A DNA stretch of 64,000 bases, taken from NCBI GenBank assembly GCA_903822055.1, contig CAIJNR010000106.1:2297-66296 (forward strand), read 5' to 3'. Made by a program: the position numbers and the translations under genes. A model generated the notes under the pieces. It had not been told where the DNA came from and did no database searches. It worked only from the letters and a program-made list of their open reading frames with translations. Source of the stretch: an uncultured Francisellaceae bacterium (GTDB lineage Bacteria > Pseudomonadota > Gammaproteobacteria > UBA6186 > Azoamicaceae). Below are positions 20,091 to 29,970 of the stretch, one piece after another. Position 1 is the first letter of the stretch; each line of letters begins with the position of its first letter.

Positions 20091-20109
20091 GTTATCATCG
20101 AATGATAAC
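20091..20109. promoter_or_regulatory. perfect 8-bp inverted repeat (GTTATCAT-CGA-ATGATAAC), candidate operator
   Basis: Read directly; it lies 22 nt upstream of the 19719..20069 gene start on the minus strand. Confidence 0.35.
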
Positions 20110-20476
20110 CTTTTTGTTAGTTTTCAATAAATCAATTACAATAGTATAATAACTCAATCAGGTTAATCGCTTTTGTTGACATTGATTAATAGATGTCTAG
20201 TTGAACAATATTTGCTAATATTAATACTTAAATTTTATTAAAAAATATCATGTAAAGAAAACTTTCGTTTATTAGACATGATTTTTGAGGTCAATAATTT
20301 GGTTTGTTTGTAGTGTTGATCCAAAAAAGATTTAAGTAGTATAAATGGTTATAAGGAACGTATAAAAATCAAAAAAGGGAAACAATTAACAATGGTTACA
20401 TTGATTACACGAAAAATCGCACTTCAGATAATCCGCGTTAAATGAAATGACTGTATGTTTCACCTTTTGGATAACA

Positions 20477-20842
20477 TTAATCACTGCTAACAATTTCTTC
20501 AGTACTATTTTTTATACTTCTAGCAACTAAAGTTGTTGCTTCTTGAAATATTGTAAAAATTTCTTCTTTTTTATAATCAAAATCTTTGCAATGTTCTAAA
20601 ACAAGTTTTGTGAGACCTAACGCACAGTTATATTGCATTTTCATAAAATCAATCATAACCGTCATCTCTTCTGGATCGTAATTGTCAATCCATTCATCTA
20701 TTTCATGTGCAATCTTTGATTTATTCATGCTTTCCTCAAATAACAAACAACACTTTTTATACTTGACGCCACTACCACACGGACATTTTTCATTACGACC
20801 AATTTTCAAGTAAATAAACCTTCCTAAATAAAATGAAGTCAA
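20477..20842 (-). CDS. SEC-C metal-binding-motif protein
   Basis: ..[18 protein letters not shown].. is the SecA-C-terminal type Zn motif. The second in-frame TTG at 20809 (GGAAGG 9 nt upstream) is a more plausible start than 20842. Confidence 0.6.
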   Translation of the reverse strand: MTSFYLGRFIYLKIGRNEKCPCGSGVKYKKCCLLFEESMNKSKIAHEIDEWIDNYDPEEMTVMIDFMKMQYNCALGLTKLVLEHCKDFDYKKEEIFTIFQEATTLVARSIKNSTEEIVSSD

Positions 20843-21065
20843 TAAAATGATTATGTTCTTAAATTTAAGTGATTTTATTAGTAATTTTTTATTTTTTTAG
20901 CTTTGTAAATTATTTTTATCAGATTTACACAACACCTGTCAATACATTTTTTTGTATGTGTGTTTTTAGAATGATATAAGAATTTCATAAAAATGCTAAA
21001 GTTAACAACAACTTATTATTTTTTTGATTTTTTTATTTCTATTGAATTTATAAAAACAAAGATAA

Positions 21066-21386
21066 TTAGCCTAGATTTTTACAAAATTGTAATATTTGCT
21101 TCCTAGACTTTTTATTAATTTTACCATATAAAAATAAAAATTTAGCCAACATATTATCTTCGGCGTAAAAATAGACTACTGGTACTGATATGGTTTTTGC
21201 GATTTTTTTTAAGATTAAAAAACTAGGTATACATTTTCCATTTTCATATTGATTTATATCAGCACTAGCCGAAAGTTTCTTAATACCAGCAGCCATACCT
21301 AGTTGTTTCTGAGAAATACCAACAATTAGTCGTGCTTCTTTTATGCGCTTAGAAATAGGAGTTATATTGGGCAATTTTCTTATCAT
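21066..21386 (-). CDS. XRE/Cro-family HTH transcriptional regulator
   Basis: 106 aa. ..IKEARLIVGISQKQLGMAAGI....INQYENGKCIPS.. is a classic HTH_3 pattern. Confidence 0.75.
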   Translation of the reverse strand: MIRKLPNITPISKRIKEARLIVGISQKQLGMAAGIKKLSASADINQYENGKCIPSFLILKKIAKTISVPVVYFYAEDNMLAKFLFLYGKINKKSRKQILQFCKNLG

Positions 21387-21964
21387 GATTTAATTCCATT
21401 TTATTGAAGTTGTAGATACTAAGTTTCCTTACTAATAGCATATCGATCAAATGTTCTCTGTCGATTAATTATTTTGTTTTGAACATTTTATTACAAAATA
21501 TTTTTATTGTAAAACTACGCATTATTACGTATTCCAGCAATACACCACAAATGTTAATTTAATAAAAATATATAAAAAATTATATATGGATATAATATTC
21601 TAATTAAACCTATTACTTTTAGTAATAGGTTTAAATTAGCCATTTTATAACCTTATTTTTTGAAATAAAATTGTTATATTTTGTAGATTACTGAAAAAAT
21701 AAGAAATTGTTATATTTTATTTGAGGTGTTTGCAATAACAAATTTGGAGATTGATAATTCGCTCTGGGAAAAACAATGGAAGATTTTATTCATGTTGTGA
21801 ATGTTGGTAAAGCAATCTTAAATTCCATATTGGATGGATTAGAGCAACAACACTTAAATAATAAAAAAACAGTGATTAAAAAGACTGAAAACAGGCTGGC
21901 CTGTTTCTAAAAAAAGTTGTATTACTTTTGAATTAATCAGATTAACAGGACTTAGGAACAAAGC

Positions 21965-22165
21965 ATGGTAGACAAAACAATAGATGATTTTATTGTTAGT
22001 ACAACGCAAGAAGGTATGTTGCAATATTTAAGGTATAACACTCAAGATAGCGTCAGCAATCTAGCCGTAGAAATGGCATCACAAGGGTATAATATATTTT
22101 TTGTATCTAGAGTTACGGGTATATCTGTAAACGAAATAAATAAGTTGCATAATAGTATGCATTAA
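21965..22165 (+). CDS. hypothetical small protein
   Basis: 66-aa ORF with an ATG start and protein-like composition. No recognisable domain. Confidence 0.3.
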   Translation: MVDKTIDDFIVSTTQEGMLQYLRYNTQDSVSNLAVEMASQGYNIFFVSRVTGISVNEINKLHNSMH

Positions 22166-22324
22166 AATTTGTGCTAAAAAAGTTTGGATGGTTATAGATT
22201 TAATTATATTGAAAAAAACCATAAGATTATCGTTGGATGTTTAATTATAAAGATTTTTTAATTTGGCCTTTATAAATACTTACTATTATAACGTAATTAA
22301 TTATGTTTATAGGAGAGAGACAAT

Positions 22325-22498
22325 ATGGTACAGTTACAAAGAAACACAAAATTTACAAATAGCTTTTTAATAAACGATAGTGGTAAATTAGTAAAAATTA
22401 AACAGCCAACCATTATAGAATTGAGTAAATTATACCAAGCCATTATGACAAACAAACAAACTATTAATACTATTTTTGGTAATTTTAAAGAACATTAA
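22325..22498 (+). CDS. hypothetical small protein (57 aa, below ORF-track cutoff)
   Basis: ATG at 22325 preceded by AGGAGAGAG. My translation is MVQLQRNTKFTNSFLINDSGKLVKIKQPTIIELSKLYQAIMTNKQTINTIFGNFKEH, with a TAA stop at 22496. Confidence 0.3.
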   Translation: MVQLQRNTKFTNSFLINDSGKLVKIKQPTIIELSKLYQAIMTNKQTINTIFGNFKEH

Positions 22499-22537
22499 TA
22501 AAAATTGTTCCTTATGTATCAAGTAATGGGTTAAATA

Positions 22538-23281
22538 ATGCGAATAAATGCTTCAATAACAAAAAGTATAAATCTTATTAAAGTAAAAAAAATACTTCAA
22601 GGTGCAGATCGTAATACATTAGTAATTTTTGATATTGATGATGTGTTAATTACTCCCATAAATAATCATGATTTTTGGCATCCAAATCACGAGCAATTGT
22701 TACAAAAAATAAAAAGACAAACTTCAAATGAACCAATGAAATTTTTAGACTCCATTAGTATATATACAACCAAGTACCGTCTAGTAGATCCGGAAATAAT
22801 TAATATTTTTACATATTTAAAGGAACAGCATATATTCACAATAGCATTAACTGCTATGGGTACAGGTTCATTTGGTGTTATTAATAGATTGGAGGATTTG
22901 CGTATTAAAACCTTACAAGACATGGGTATAGATCTCACAACACTAGCTACATTTAATGAGCAAATATTGGCGAATGAATTAAAAGGCGTTAATATAGTAT
23001 TTCCCATTGCTATCGGTATCCCAATGTTGAAAGCTGGTATTATTTTTACTGCTGGAGCCGATAAAGGTACTGTTCTTGAATATATGTTATGCAAAAAAAA
23101 TTACTATCCAAAAACAATTATAATGGTTGACGATAATTTATTAAATATCGAATCATTAGAAAAACTATGTATTAAATTACAAATAAATTTTTATGGATTT
23201 CATTATGTGGCAGTATCTGCAATGCCAATGCTATTAAATATAGATAAAAAAATAGAAAAACCTAGCTTTAAAATATCTTAG
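22538..23281 (+). CDS. HAD-superfamily-like hydrolase (DUF2608-like)
   Basis: 247 aa. N-terminal ..LVIFDIDDVLITP.. (DxDx(T/V) motif I) and a late ..IIMVDDNLLN.. acidic motif. Confidence 0.55.
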   Translation: MRINASITKSINLIKVKKILQGADRNTLVIFDIDDVLITPINNHDFWHPNHEQLLQKIKRQTSNEPMKFLDSISIYTTKYRLVDPEIINIFTYLKEQHIFTIALTAMGTGSFGVINRLEDLRIKTLQDMGIDLTTLATFNEQILANELKGVNIVFPIAIGIPMLKAGIIFTAGADKGTVLEYMLCKKNYYPKTIIMVDDNLLNIESLEKLCIKLQINFYGFHYVAVSAMPMLLNIDKKIEKPSFKIS

Positions 23282-23332
23282 ACAAGAAAAGATTAGATGA
23301 AATGAAGTAATGAATTTAAAGGAAGGGTATAT

Positions 23333-24676
23333 ATGGGAATATTCTCATCACTAAACTCTGAGCAAAGAGAAGCTACTGCTATTTTGCAAATTGGAACATT
23401 CCTTGAGTACTTTGATCTCATGTTGTATGTTCATATGGCTGTAGTATTAAACGAATTGTTTTTCCCTAAAACAGATCCACATATAGCTAAGTTGCTTTCA
23501 GCTACAGCATTTTGTACAACATTTGTTTTTAGACCGTTTGGAGCCATTATTTTTGGTTATATAGGAGATACTGTAGGACGTAAAGCTACTGTAGTCATAA
23601 CAACCATTTTATCGGCAATTGCTTGTGCTGCAATGGCTATTTTACCAACCTACGAACAAATAGGGATAACTGCAGCTTGGTTATTTATATTGTGTCGTAT
23701 TGCCCAAGGACTATGCTCTATGGGAGAAATAATGGGTGCTTTAATTTATTTAACAGAACTAATTAAAATACCGGAACGTTATCCGGTAGTAACATTCATA
23801 GGGTGTGCAGATTTTCTAGGTACATTAGCAGCGTTAGCAGTTGCAACTGCGGTGTTGTCAGCTGGTATGGAGTGGCGAGTTGCATTTTGGTTTGGTGCTT
23901 TGATTGCAATAATTGGCACTGTTGCTAGAACAGCTTTAAGGGAAACACCTGAATTTGTAAATGCAAAACATCGCCTAAAGAAAAAATTAGAAAAAACCAA
24001 TGTGGACTGTTCGTTGGTTTTGAAAAAAAACCTTATAGTAAATGAAAAAGTTAATCAAAAAACATCATTAGCTTATTTTTTTATACAATGTTCACGACCA
24101 ATATCATTTTATTTTCTGTATGTATATTGTGCAAATATATTAATGTACTCATTTAATTATTCTGCTCAACAAGTGGTTCGACATAATTTAATGGTAACTA
24201 CCGTAGAGTTTTTGGTAATACTCGTTAATGCATATCTAAGTTATAAAATACACCCATTAAAGATTGTTAATATAAGGCTAATTATATCTGCTATTTTTAT
24301 AGTGTTTGTTCCTTATTTACTTAGTAACATTACTACAGTTATGCATTTATTATTTATACAAATATTTATGTGTCTATTTAAGCCAGCTGCTGCTCCAGCT
24401 GCTGCTATTTTCTTTGTTCATTTTCCAGTATTTAAACGATTTACTTATGCCAGTTTTTTATACGCATTATCTCGTGCATTGATGTATGTTGTTACCTCAT
24501 TCGGAGTAGTATATTTAACAAAAATATTTGGTCATTGGGGACTATTGATAATTTTTATTCCAATGTTTATAGGATTTAAGCTTGGAATCAGCCATTTTGA
24601 AAAACTGGAAAAGGAAGTTGCAAATAATCATCACAATATTCCATTAAATCTTGTGACCAACACTGTTGTTTTATAG
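23333..24676 (+). CDS. MFS transporter (ProP/metabolite:H+ symporter-like)
   Basis: 447 aa, 12 hydrophobic segments, ..RPFGAIIFGYIGDTVGRK.. MFS loop 2-3 motif. Confidence 0.85.
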   Translation: MGIFSSLNSEQREATAILQIGTFLEYFDLMLYVHMAVVLNELFFPKTDPHIAKLLSATAFCTTFVFRPFGAIIFGYIGDTVGRKATVVITTILSAIACAAMAILPTYEQIGITAAWLFILCRIAQGLCSMGEIMGALIYLTELIKIPERYPVVTFIGCADFLGTLAALAVATAVLSAGMEWRVAFWFGALIAIIGTVARTALRETPEFVNAKHRLKKKLEKTNVDCSLVLKKNLIVNEKVNQKTSLAYFFIQCSRPISFYFLYVYCANILMYSFNYSAQQVVRHNLMVTTVEFLVILVNAYLSYKIHPLKIVNIRLIISAIFIVFVPYLLSNITTVMHLLFIQIFMCLFKPAAAPAAAIFFVHFPVFKRFTYASFLYALSRALMYVVTSFGVVYLTKIFGHWGLLIIFIPMFIGFKLGISHFEKLEKEVANNHHNIPLNLVTNTVVL

Positions 24677-25295
24677 GGAATTGTTGATAACACAAAGCCA
24701 TTATATCATCATCCGCATTAAATAAGTTAGGTATTGTTGATTTAAAGTAGATCTCAAGACTTATAAATTGTTCCAAAGTTTCTGCAATAATTTTGGAAAT
24801 TTTTTCTGGGGATTTAACATTAATAGTTTGTAGATTATGTAATCTATCAAAATATTTTATAAGCAATAAATTTTCTTTTCTTTGAATCCATAATAAATCT
24901 ACTGTTTCCGCTGAGCTGATTTTACGATCTATCTTTACTCTAGTAAGGGCTTCAACTTGTTCAGCAATTACTGAACAAAAAATATCACTAATCATTTCCT
25001 TAGTAAGATCGGTGTCTTCTATTGTGTCATGCAGAATGCTAGTAACCAAAATATTTGTTTCGAAAACATGTTCAGCAACATTATAAGCTACCTCTAAAGG
25101 GTGGCTATAATAGGGTTCACCAGATTGACGTATTTGAGAATCGTGGTATTTTTTAGCATAGTAAATAGCTTTTTCAATTTCTAAAATATCTACTTTATGT
25201 TCTCTTGTTTCATTAAGTAATAAAAGTTTTGTCACTAGTCTATCTGAATAGCAGCAAGGTTCAAACTTAGTTTTCCAGCAATTTAGATCTTTCAT
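24588..25295 (-). CDS. HD-domain protein, RelA/SpoT-type (p)ppGpp hydrolase-like (small alarmone hydrolase-like)
   Basis: 235 aa. ..AKKYHDSQIRQSGEPYYSHPLEVA.. and ..ILHDTIEDTDLT.. are the HD_4 motifs of the SpoT hydrolase domain. There is no synthetase domain. Confidence 0.75.
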   Translation of the reverse strand: MKDLNCWKTKFEPCCYSDRLVTKLLLLNETREHKVDILEIEKAIYYAKKYHDSQIRQSGEPYYSHPLEVAYNVAEHVFETNILVTSILHDTIEDTDLTKEMISDIFCSVIAEQVEALTRVKIDRKISSAETVDLLWIQRKENLLLIKYFDRLHNLQTINVKSPEKISKIIAETLEQFISLEIYFKSTIPNLFNADDDIMALCYQQFPIKQQCWSQDLMEYCDDYLQLPFPVFQNG

Positions 25296-25643
25296 AAAAT
25301 TATTGTGGTAAAAAATATTTTATAAAAACACTCAACAAGATGCGGAACCATCGTCAATCAAATTTATCTTTATGAGACAACTTGTATAATTATAATAGTA
25401 ACGATTATTTTTAGTTAACACAATAGCAATCTTATTAAAATATTTGTGAAAAATTCAGTGAATTATTGTTAATGTATTTAATAATTTTGTTCGCTATTAG
25501 GTGTAACCTCGCCGCTCGCTCACCCATTTTTCAGTTAGAAAAGATTATTTTTTTGTAAGATTTTAAAATTAAATAATATTAGTTCCGCCAAACCAAAAAT
25601 CCGTCGGATAAGAGGGCTACATTGCTGTAGTCCCCTCTCCTAA

Positions 25644-25677
25644 GAACTGTACATGCTAGTTTCCACGCATACAGCTC
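25644..25677 (-). ncRNA. group II intron domain V
   Basis: The minus strand reads GAGCTGTATGCGTGGAAACTAGCATGTACAGTTC: 34 nt with the AGC triad, a 2-nt bulge region and a GAAA tetraloop. Confidence 0.85.
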
Positions 25678-25693
25678 AAGCCTTTATTCAGCC

Positions 25694-26530
25694 TCAGAAA
25701 GACCGAGCAGAGAGTTTTGGATCGATCCATTGTGCTTCACCGAAAAGATTAAGCGTAGAGATCTTCCAGTAATGATACAGCTTATTATTTCTATCTTGCT
25801 TCCTCTTGGCAAGATATTCTACATATGCTGGATCATATGGTGTTGCCTCTGATTTAATTTTAGTGTGTCGCTTAATGGGAATATAGCTTGCCTTTTCCAG
25901 GTCTTTTACTACTTTACTCCCATCTTTCTTTTCCTGTATGCCAAAGAAGATCCAATTATAATTACCTCGTCGGTGAAAGTATTTCTTTCCGATCCAATCG
26001 AAGTTTTTATTTGGATGTCTTCTTCCAGTCCAACGGCTTAGACACCGATAAATACAATCATCAACATACCCAAACGTTTTCTTAGCAACTACATGCCGAT
26101 AATAGTATGCCCAACCTCTTATCTTTGGATTCAACATACCTATTAATTCATCGGCCTTTATAGTTTTGTGGGCTTTGATCAGTTGCCTTATATTGCTTAG
26201 AAAAAACAACACGTCTTTCTTAGCAGGTTTAATCAACAACTTATCCTGGTACTTTCTAATGTTAAATCCAAGAAAGTCAAAACCCTTATCTATAGAAGTT
26301 ATTTGAGTTGTCTCTACAGAAAGTTCTAATCCTCTTTCTGCTAAGAATTCTGCTATAGCAGGCTTTACATCGTTCTCTAACAATTCTTTGGTAGCACCCA
26401 TAACAACAAAATCATCTGCGTAACGTGCCACGTGAATTTTATGGCCACGTTTTACTTTTAATTGTTGTTGTACAGTTGCTTCAAGACCATCAAGTGCCAT
26501 ATTTGCTAACACTGGCGAAATAATGCCACC
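25694..26530 (-). pseudogene. group II intron RT/maturase, C-terminal fragment (RT motifs 5-7, X/maturase domain, no HNH)
   Basis: Resumes exactly at ..IISPVLANMALDGLE.., and contains ..ARYADDFVV.. (YADD) and the maturase-like ..RGWAYYYRHV... Confidence 0.85.
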
Positions 26531-26573
26531 TTATGCGAAGTAAAATGTTATGCAAAGTAAATTTCCCAAATCC
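26531..26573. repeat. terminal inverted repeat (left) of the three-recombinase element
   Basis: TTATGCGAAGTAAAATGTTATGCAAAGTAAATTTCCCAAATCC, compared with the reverse complement of 29929-29970, TTATGCGAAGAAAGTAATTATGCAAAGTAATTTGCCAAATCC. Confidence 0.8.
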
Positions 26574-26621
26574 ACGTACTAAAAGGGTTTTAGTTCTATT
26601 TACTTTGCATAATTTCCAAAC

Positions 26622-27635
26622 CTACTTTAACTCAGACAGCCATAAAAGCAGTTCCTGATCTTTACCCCAATCAGGGAGACTACTATCAATTAGATCAGGA
26701 CAAACATTTTCTATTGCCTTCCTTTTCATTTCGGTATCTGCTTTAGCGTAGATTTCTGTAGTTTTTAAATCAACATGCCCAAGAAAATCACGAATATATA
26801 TTAGATTTACCCCAGCCTGTAATAAATGCATAGCTTTTGAGTGACGAAGCATATGGACTTTAACTTTAGATGGCAAAAGAGTAGAAGTTTTTCTTGCGCA
26901 TTCAGCATGTTTTGCAATGATATAAGCAATACCTTCTTTTGTTAATTTATGGTGCTGGTTATTAGTAAATAGTGGATTTTCATTTTTCCAAGGTTTATCT
27001 AGCTTGTTTTCCATAAGATAACTCTGTAACAAGGTGACTGTATTCTTCATAATTGGGACCCGCCTAGTTTTATTTCCCTTGCCAATTAGCGTTATGACAG
27101 CAGGTGTTTGTAAAGTAATATCACGGATCCTAATATCAATTAACTCTTGTACCAGCGCTCCAGAATCATATAAAAGACTAATTAGTGTAAGATCTCTTCT
27201 ACCTTTTAGCGTATGTTTATCAGGTTGTTCCAAAAGCAATTTTATTGCATCAACATTTAGGTAATCTAAAATTGTTTTTTTTGCTTTTTTTATAGGAATA
27301 GCAGCGATCTTTTGGAAATAAAATATACCAGCTGGTTCTTCTGCTTGTATATATCTAAAAAAAGAATGAATCGCAGCAAGGCGTTGATTTCTGGTAGAGA
27401 TGCTACACTTCCTATAAGTTTCCAACCATCCTAAAAAATCAATAAGTCGTTCACTTGAAAGAAGATCGATAGTTAATCGTTCAGCTGGAACATTTTTAAT
27501 TTCTTGATAATATTTAATTAAAATTTTAAATGTGTCACGGTAAGAACGAATGGTATTATGGCTAACATTTTTTTGTGTTGGCAGATAAACTGAAAGAAAT
27601 TCAGTAAGATGTTTTGCAAAATCAGTTGGTTTCAT
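26622..27635 (-). CDS. tyrosine recombinase (third gene of the trio)
   Basis: 337 aa. N-terminal SAM-like core-binding domain, ..VHMLRHSKAMHLL.. (HxxR) and ..LGHVDLKTTEIYAKA.. (catalytic Y). Confidence 0.9.
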   Translation of the reverse strand: MKPTDFAKHLTEFLSVYLPTQKNVSHNTIRSYRDTFKILIKYYQEIKNVPAERLTIDLLSSERLIDFLGWLETYRKCSISTRNQRLAAIHSFFRYIQAEEPAGIFYFQKIAAIPIKKAKKTILDYLNVDAIKLLLEQPDKHTLKGRRDLTLISLLYDSGALVQELIDIRIRDITLQTPAVITLIGKGNKTRRVPIMKNTVTLLQSYLMENKLDKPWKNENPLFTNNQHHKLTKEGIAYIIAKHAECARKTSTLLPSKVKVHMLRHSKAMHLLQAGVNLIYIRDFLGHVDLKTTEIYAKADTEMKRKAIENVCPDLIDSSLPDWGKDQELLLWLSELK

Positions 27636-28608
27636 TATTATCTCCTTCTAATTTAGGAATTATTTCTGAATATTTTGTTTCTATTTTCAAAATTATGTCT
27701 GGAAATACATCTGCAGTTAGATGCAAGTAATAAGCAGTTTCTTTAAATGAATCATGCCCCATATAAGTCTTAAGTATTGGTAAATATACGGTCAAATCTT
27801 TTTCTTCTTTAGTCCATTTTTTTAAACAGTGAACAGCATAGGTATGGCGCAGATCGTGAATGCGTGGACCTTTACCTCTGCCACCATGAGAAATTTTAGC
27901 GCGCCATAAAAATCTACGAAAATTATGATAAAGATTCACAAGCGTCATTGGTTCCCTACCAAAAGCTGGGAAATAATAATCCTCTGCAATTTGATTGGGA
28001 TGTACTTTTTTTGAAAAATCTCTACAGTATTTCGTTAGAGAGTTAGACATGGGAACTAATCGACTATTATCTTTTTTGGAATGACTGATAGTTAGAATGC
28101 CATGGCTCAGATCAACATCGGCAACCTTTAGAAGCCTTGCCTCTGAAGCTCTCAGCCCACACATATAAATCATGCGGAAAATCACGGGCATAATATGATG
28201 TCGGTATGGGCATTCACAACAATATTGACATTTATCCGTCTCTACAAAAAATCTTGCCAGTTCATCAATAGTAAAAATATATGGCATATATTTTTCTTCT
28301 GCAGAATAATAACCTTTAGGAATTATATAAGCTTTGATACCTATAGAATCCAGATATTTTCCAAACTGGCGAATGACGGAAGCGCGTGAACCTTGATTTG
28401 CTTGAGCTTCATAAGTTTTTTTACTACACCAATCCAGTAATATTTCCTTTGTAAGTACGGTAGTCTTTGGATATTTCTGTAGTGTAAGTCTATCAAAGCA
28501 TCTTAAACGACCTGCATCTGTAGTATATTTATATCCAATAGCTTGTTTTAGTTCTATATAATTTTGAATATGATCTTTAAAAGGGCCTGTATAAATAATA
28601 TTACTCAT
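27622..28608 (-). CDS. tyrosine recombinase (second gene of the trio)
   Basis: 328 aa. ..CGLRASEARLL.., ..IHDLRHTYAVHCL.., ..MGHDSFKETAYYLHL... Confidence 0.9.
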   Translation of the reverse strand: MSNIIYTGPFKDHIQNYIELKQAIGYKYTTDAGRLRCFDRLTLQKYPKTTVLTKEILLDWCSKKTYEAQANQGSRASVIRQFGKYLDSIGIKAYIIPKGYYSAEEKYMPYIFTIDELARFFVETDKCQYCCECPYRHHIMPVIFRMIYMCGLRASEARLLKVADVDLSHGILTISHSKKDNSRLVPMSNSLTKYCRDFSKKVHPNQIAEDYYFPAFGREPMTLVNLYHNFRRFLWRAKISHGGRGKGPRIHDLRHTYAVHCLKKWTKEEKDLTVYLPILKTYMGHDSFKETAYYLHLTADVFPDIILKIETKYSEIIPKLEGDNNETN

Positions 28609-29836
28609 GATCAGCTACCTCCTCAAAAGCAAGAGAACATTCCTTTAATTTTTTTATGCCCACCTTTAAGTAGATGGCGGTTGAGTCGGTATCTATATGT
28701 CCAAGAATATCTGAAATAACAGAAAGAGATGTGTCCTTTTCAAGAAGCATACTAGCCATAGTGTGCCGCAGTGAATGCATACCTCTTTTCTTTTTTAGAG
28801 TAGGAATATGTGCTAATTCCATGTATCTTTTAATCAACTGAGTTAAATGATCTCCTTCTGAAAATGGTCCAAATGGTGCCATATGCTTTACAAATATGTA
28901 AGGACTATCTATTTTAGGCCGCCCATATTTGAGATAATCTATAACAGCCCAACCAAGCTCTTGTGTTAGTGGAAGAGATAAAGCAGTTCTTGTTTTAGAT
29001 TGAGTAAAAATCAGCTTTTTATCTTCCCAGTGGCAATTCTCTATTTTTAGATTTTTAATGTCTGAACAACGCATCCCTAGACAGCAAGCTAGTAAAATTA
29101 TGGCATAATCACGCTTACCTGTAGGACTTCCTCTATCAATTGCAGTGATCAGTTTTTTTAATTCATCTACTGTCCACACCGATGGAATACGAGTCTGTTT
29201 TCTTGCCTGCACCATTGGTATTTTTGCAGCAAAATCAACTTGTATTGCTTCTGTTATTAAAAGGAATCGACAAAATGTGCGTATAGAACAAATATTCTGT
29301 TCCACAGTTTTATAAGTATAACCTGCTAAGGTTTTAATATAAGCGTGGATCACTTCAAGTCTAATTTTTTTACAATTTGTAATATTCTGTGAAGCAAGAT
29401 AATCCATAAATCTTGCAGATTGTTTAACATAATGATCTACTGTGATTTTAGAATAATCTTGATCTATACAATATTTTTTAAATTGATCACTGAGGGCAAT
29501 AAAATATGGCTCAGTAAGTATTTTTTTTTGCTTGTAATAACGACGTAAAATAGTATTATGTAATTGAAAATCACCAATCATTCGTATAATACGTAGTTCT
29601 TGAACCTCTGCCTGTGAAAGTGAATCATTAAAATCTTTCTCAAAAACATGGAAATATTTTTTAACAAAATCTATTCCCAACTGTTCAGAATATGATATTT
29701 CACTTCTTTTTTTTGCAAATTGAAGGAGCATTTGCCATCGTCTGCGATAGAATTTCATAGAACCATCGGTGTAACCAAGGCGTAACATTTCTTGCTCTAA
29801 TTCATGGAGTAATTCAACTAATGATTTATTTTGCAT
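28601..29836 (-). CDS. tyrosine recombinase (first gene of the trio)
   Basis: 411 aa. ..CLGMRCSDIKNL.., ..MHSLRHTMASMLL.., ..LGHIDTDSTAIYLKV... Confidence 0.9.
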   Translation of the reverse strand: MQNKSLVELLHELEQEMLRLGYTDGSMKFYRRRWQMLLQFAKKRSEISYSEQLGIDFVKKYFHVFEKDFNDSLSQAEVQELRIIRMIGDFQLHNTILRRYYKQKKILTEPYFIALSDQFKKYCIDQDYSKITVDHYVKQSARFMDYLASQNITNCKKIRLEVIHAYIKTLAGYTYKTVEQNICSIRTFCRFLLITEAIQVDFAAKIPMVQARKQTRIPSVWTVDELKKLITAIDRGSPTGKRDYAIILLACCLGMRCSDIKNLKIENCHWEDKKLIFTQSKTRTALSLPLTQELGWAVIDYLKYGRPKIDSPYIFVKHMAPFGPFSEGDHLTQLIKRYMELAHIPTLKKKRGMHSLRHTMASMLLEKDTSLSVISDILGHIDTDSTAIYLKVGIKKLKECSLAFEEVADHE

Positions 29837-29928
29837 AAATTATATCTCCAAAGATGATTAAATAACTTCTATTATTATCTTCGGAGATTATGCAAAGTAA
29901 AATCTAATAAAATTATTGGTACTAATAA

Positions 29929-29970
29929 GGATTTGGCAAATTACTTTGCATAATTACTTTCTTCGCATAA
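29929..29970. repeat. terminal inverted repeat (right) of the three-recombinase element
   Basis: See the left IR. It shares the outer TTATGCGAAG and inner TTATGCAAAGTAA sub-repeats. Confidence 0.8.

Noticed and set aside
21892-21909. Hairpin AAACAGGC-TG-GCCTGTTT as a rho-independent terminator.
   Set aside because: No T-tract follows on either strand, and it lies inside or at the end of a doubtful 44-codon ORF.
22687-23094. 135-aa minus-strand ORF.
   Set aside because: It is antisense to and inside the HAD-like gene, with no RBS and odd composition.
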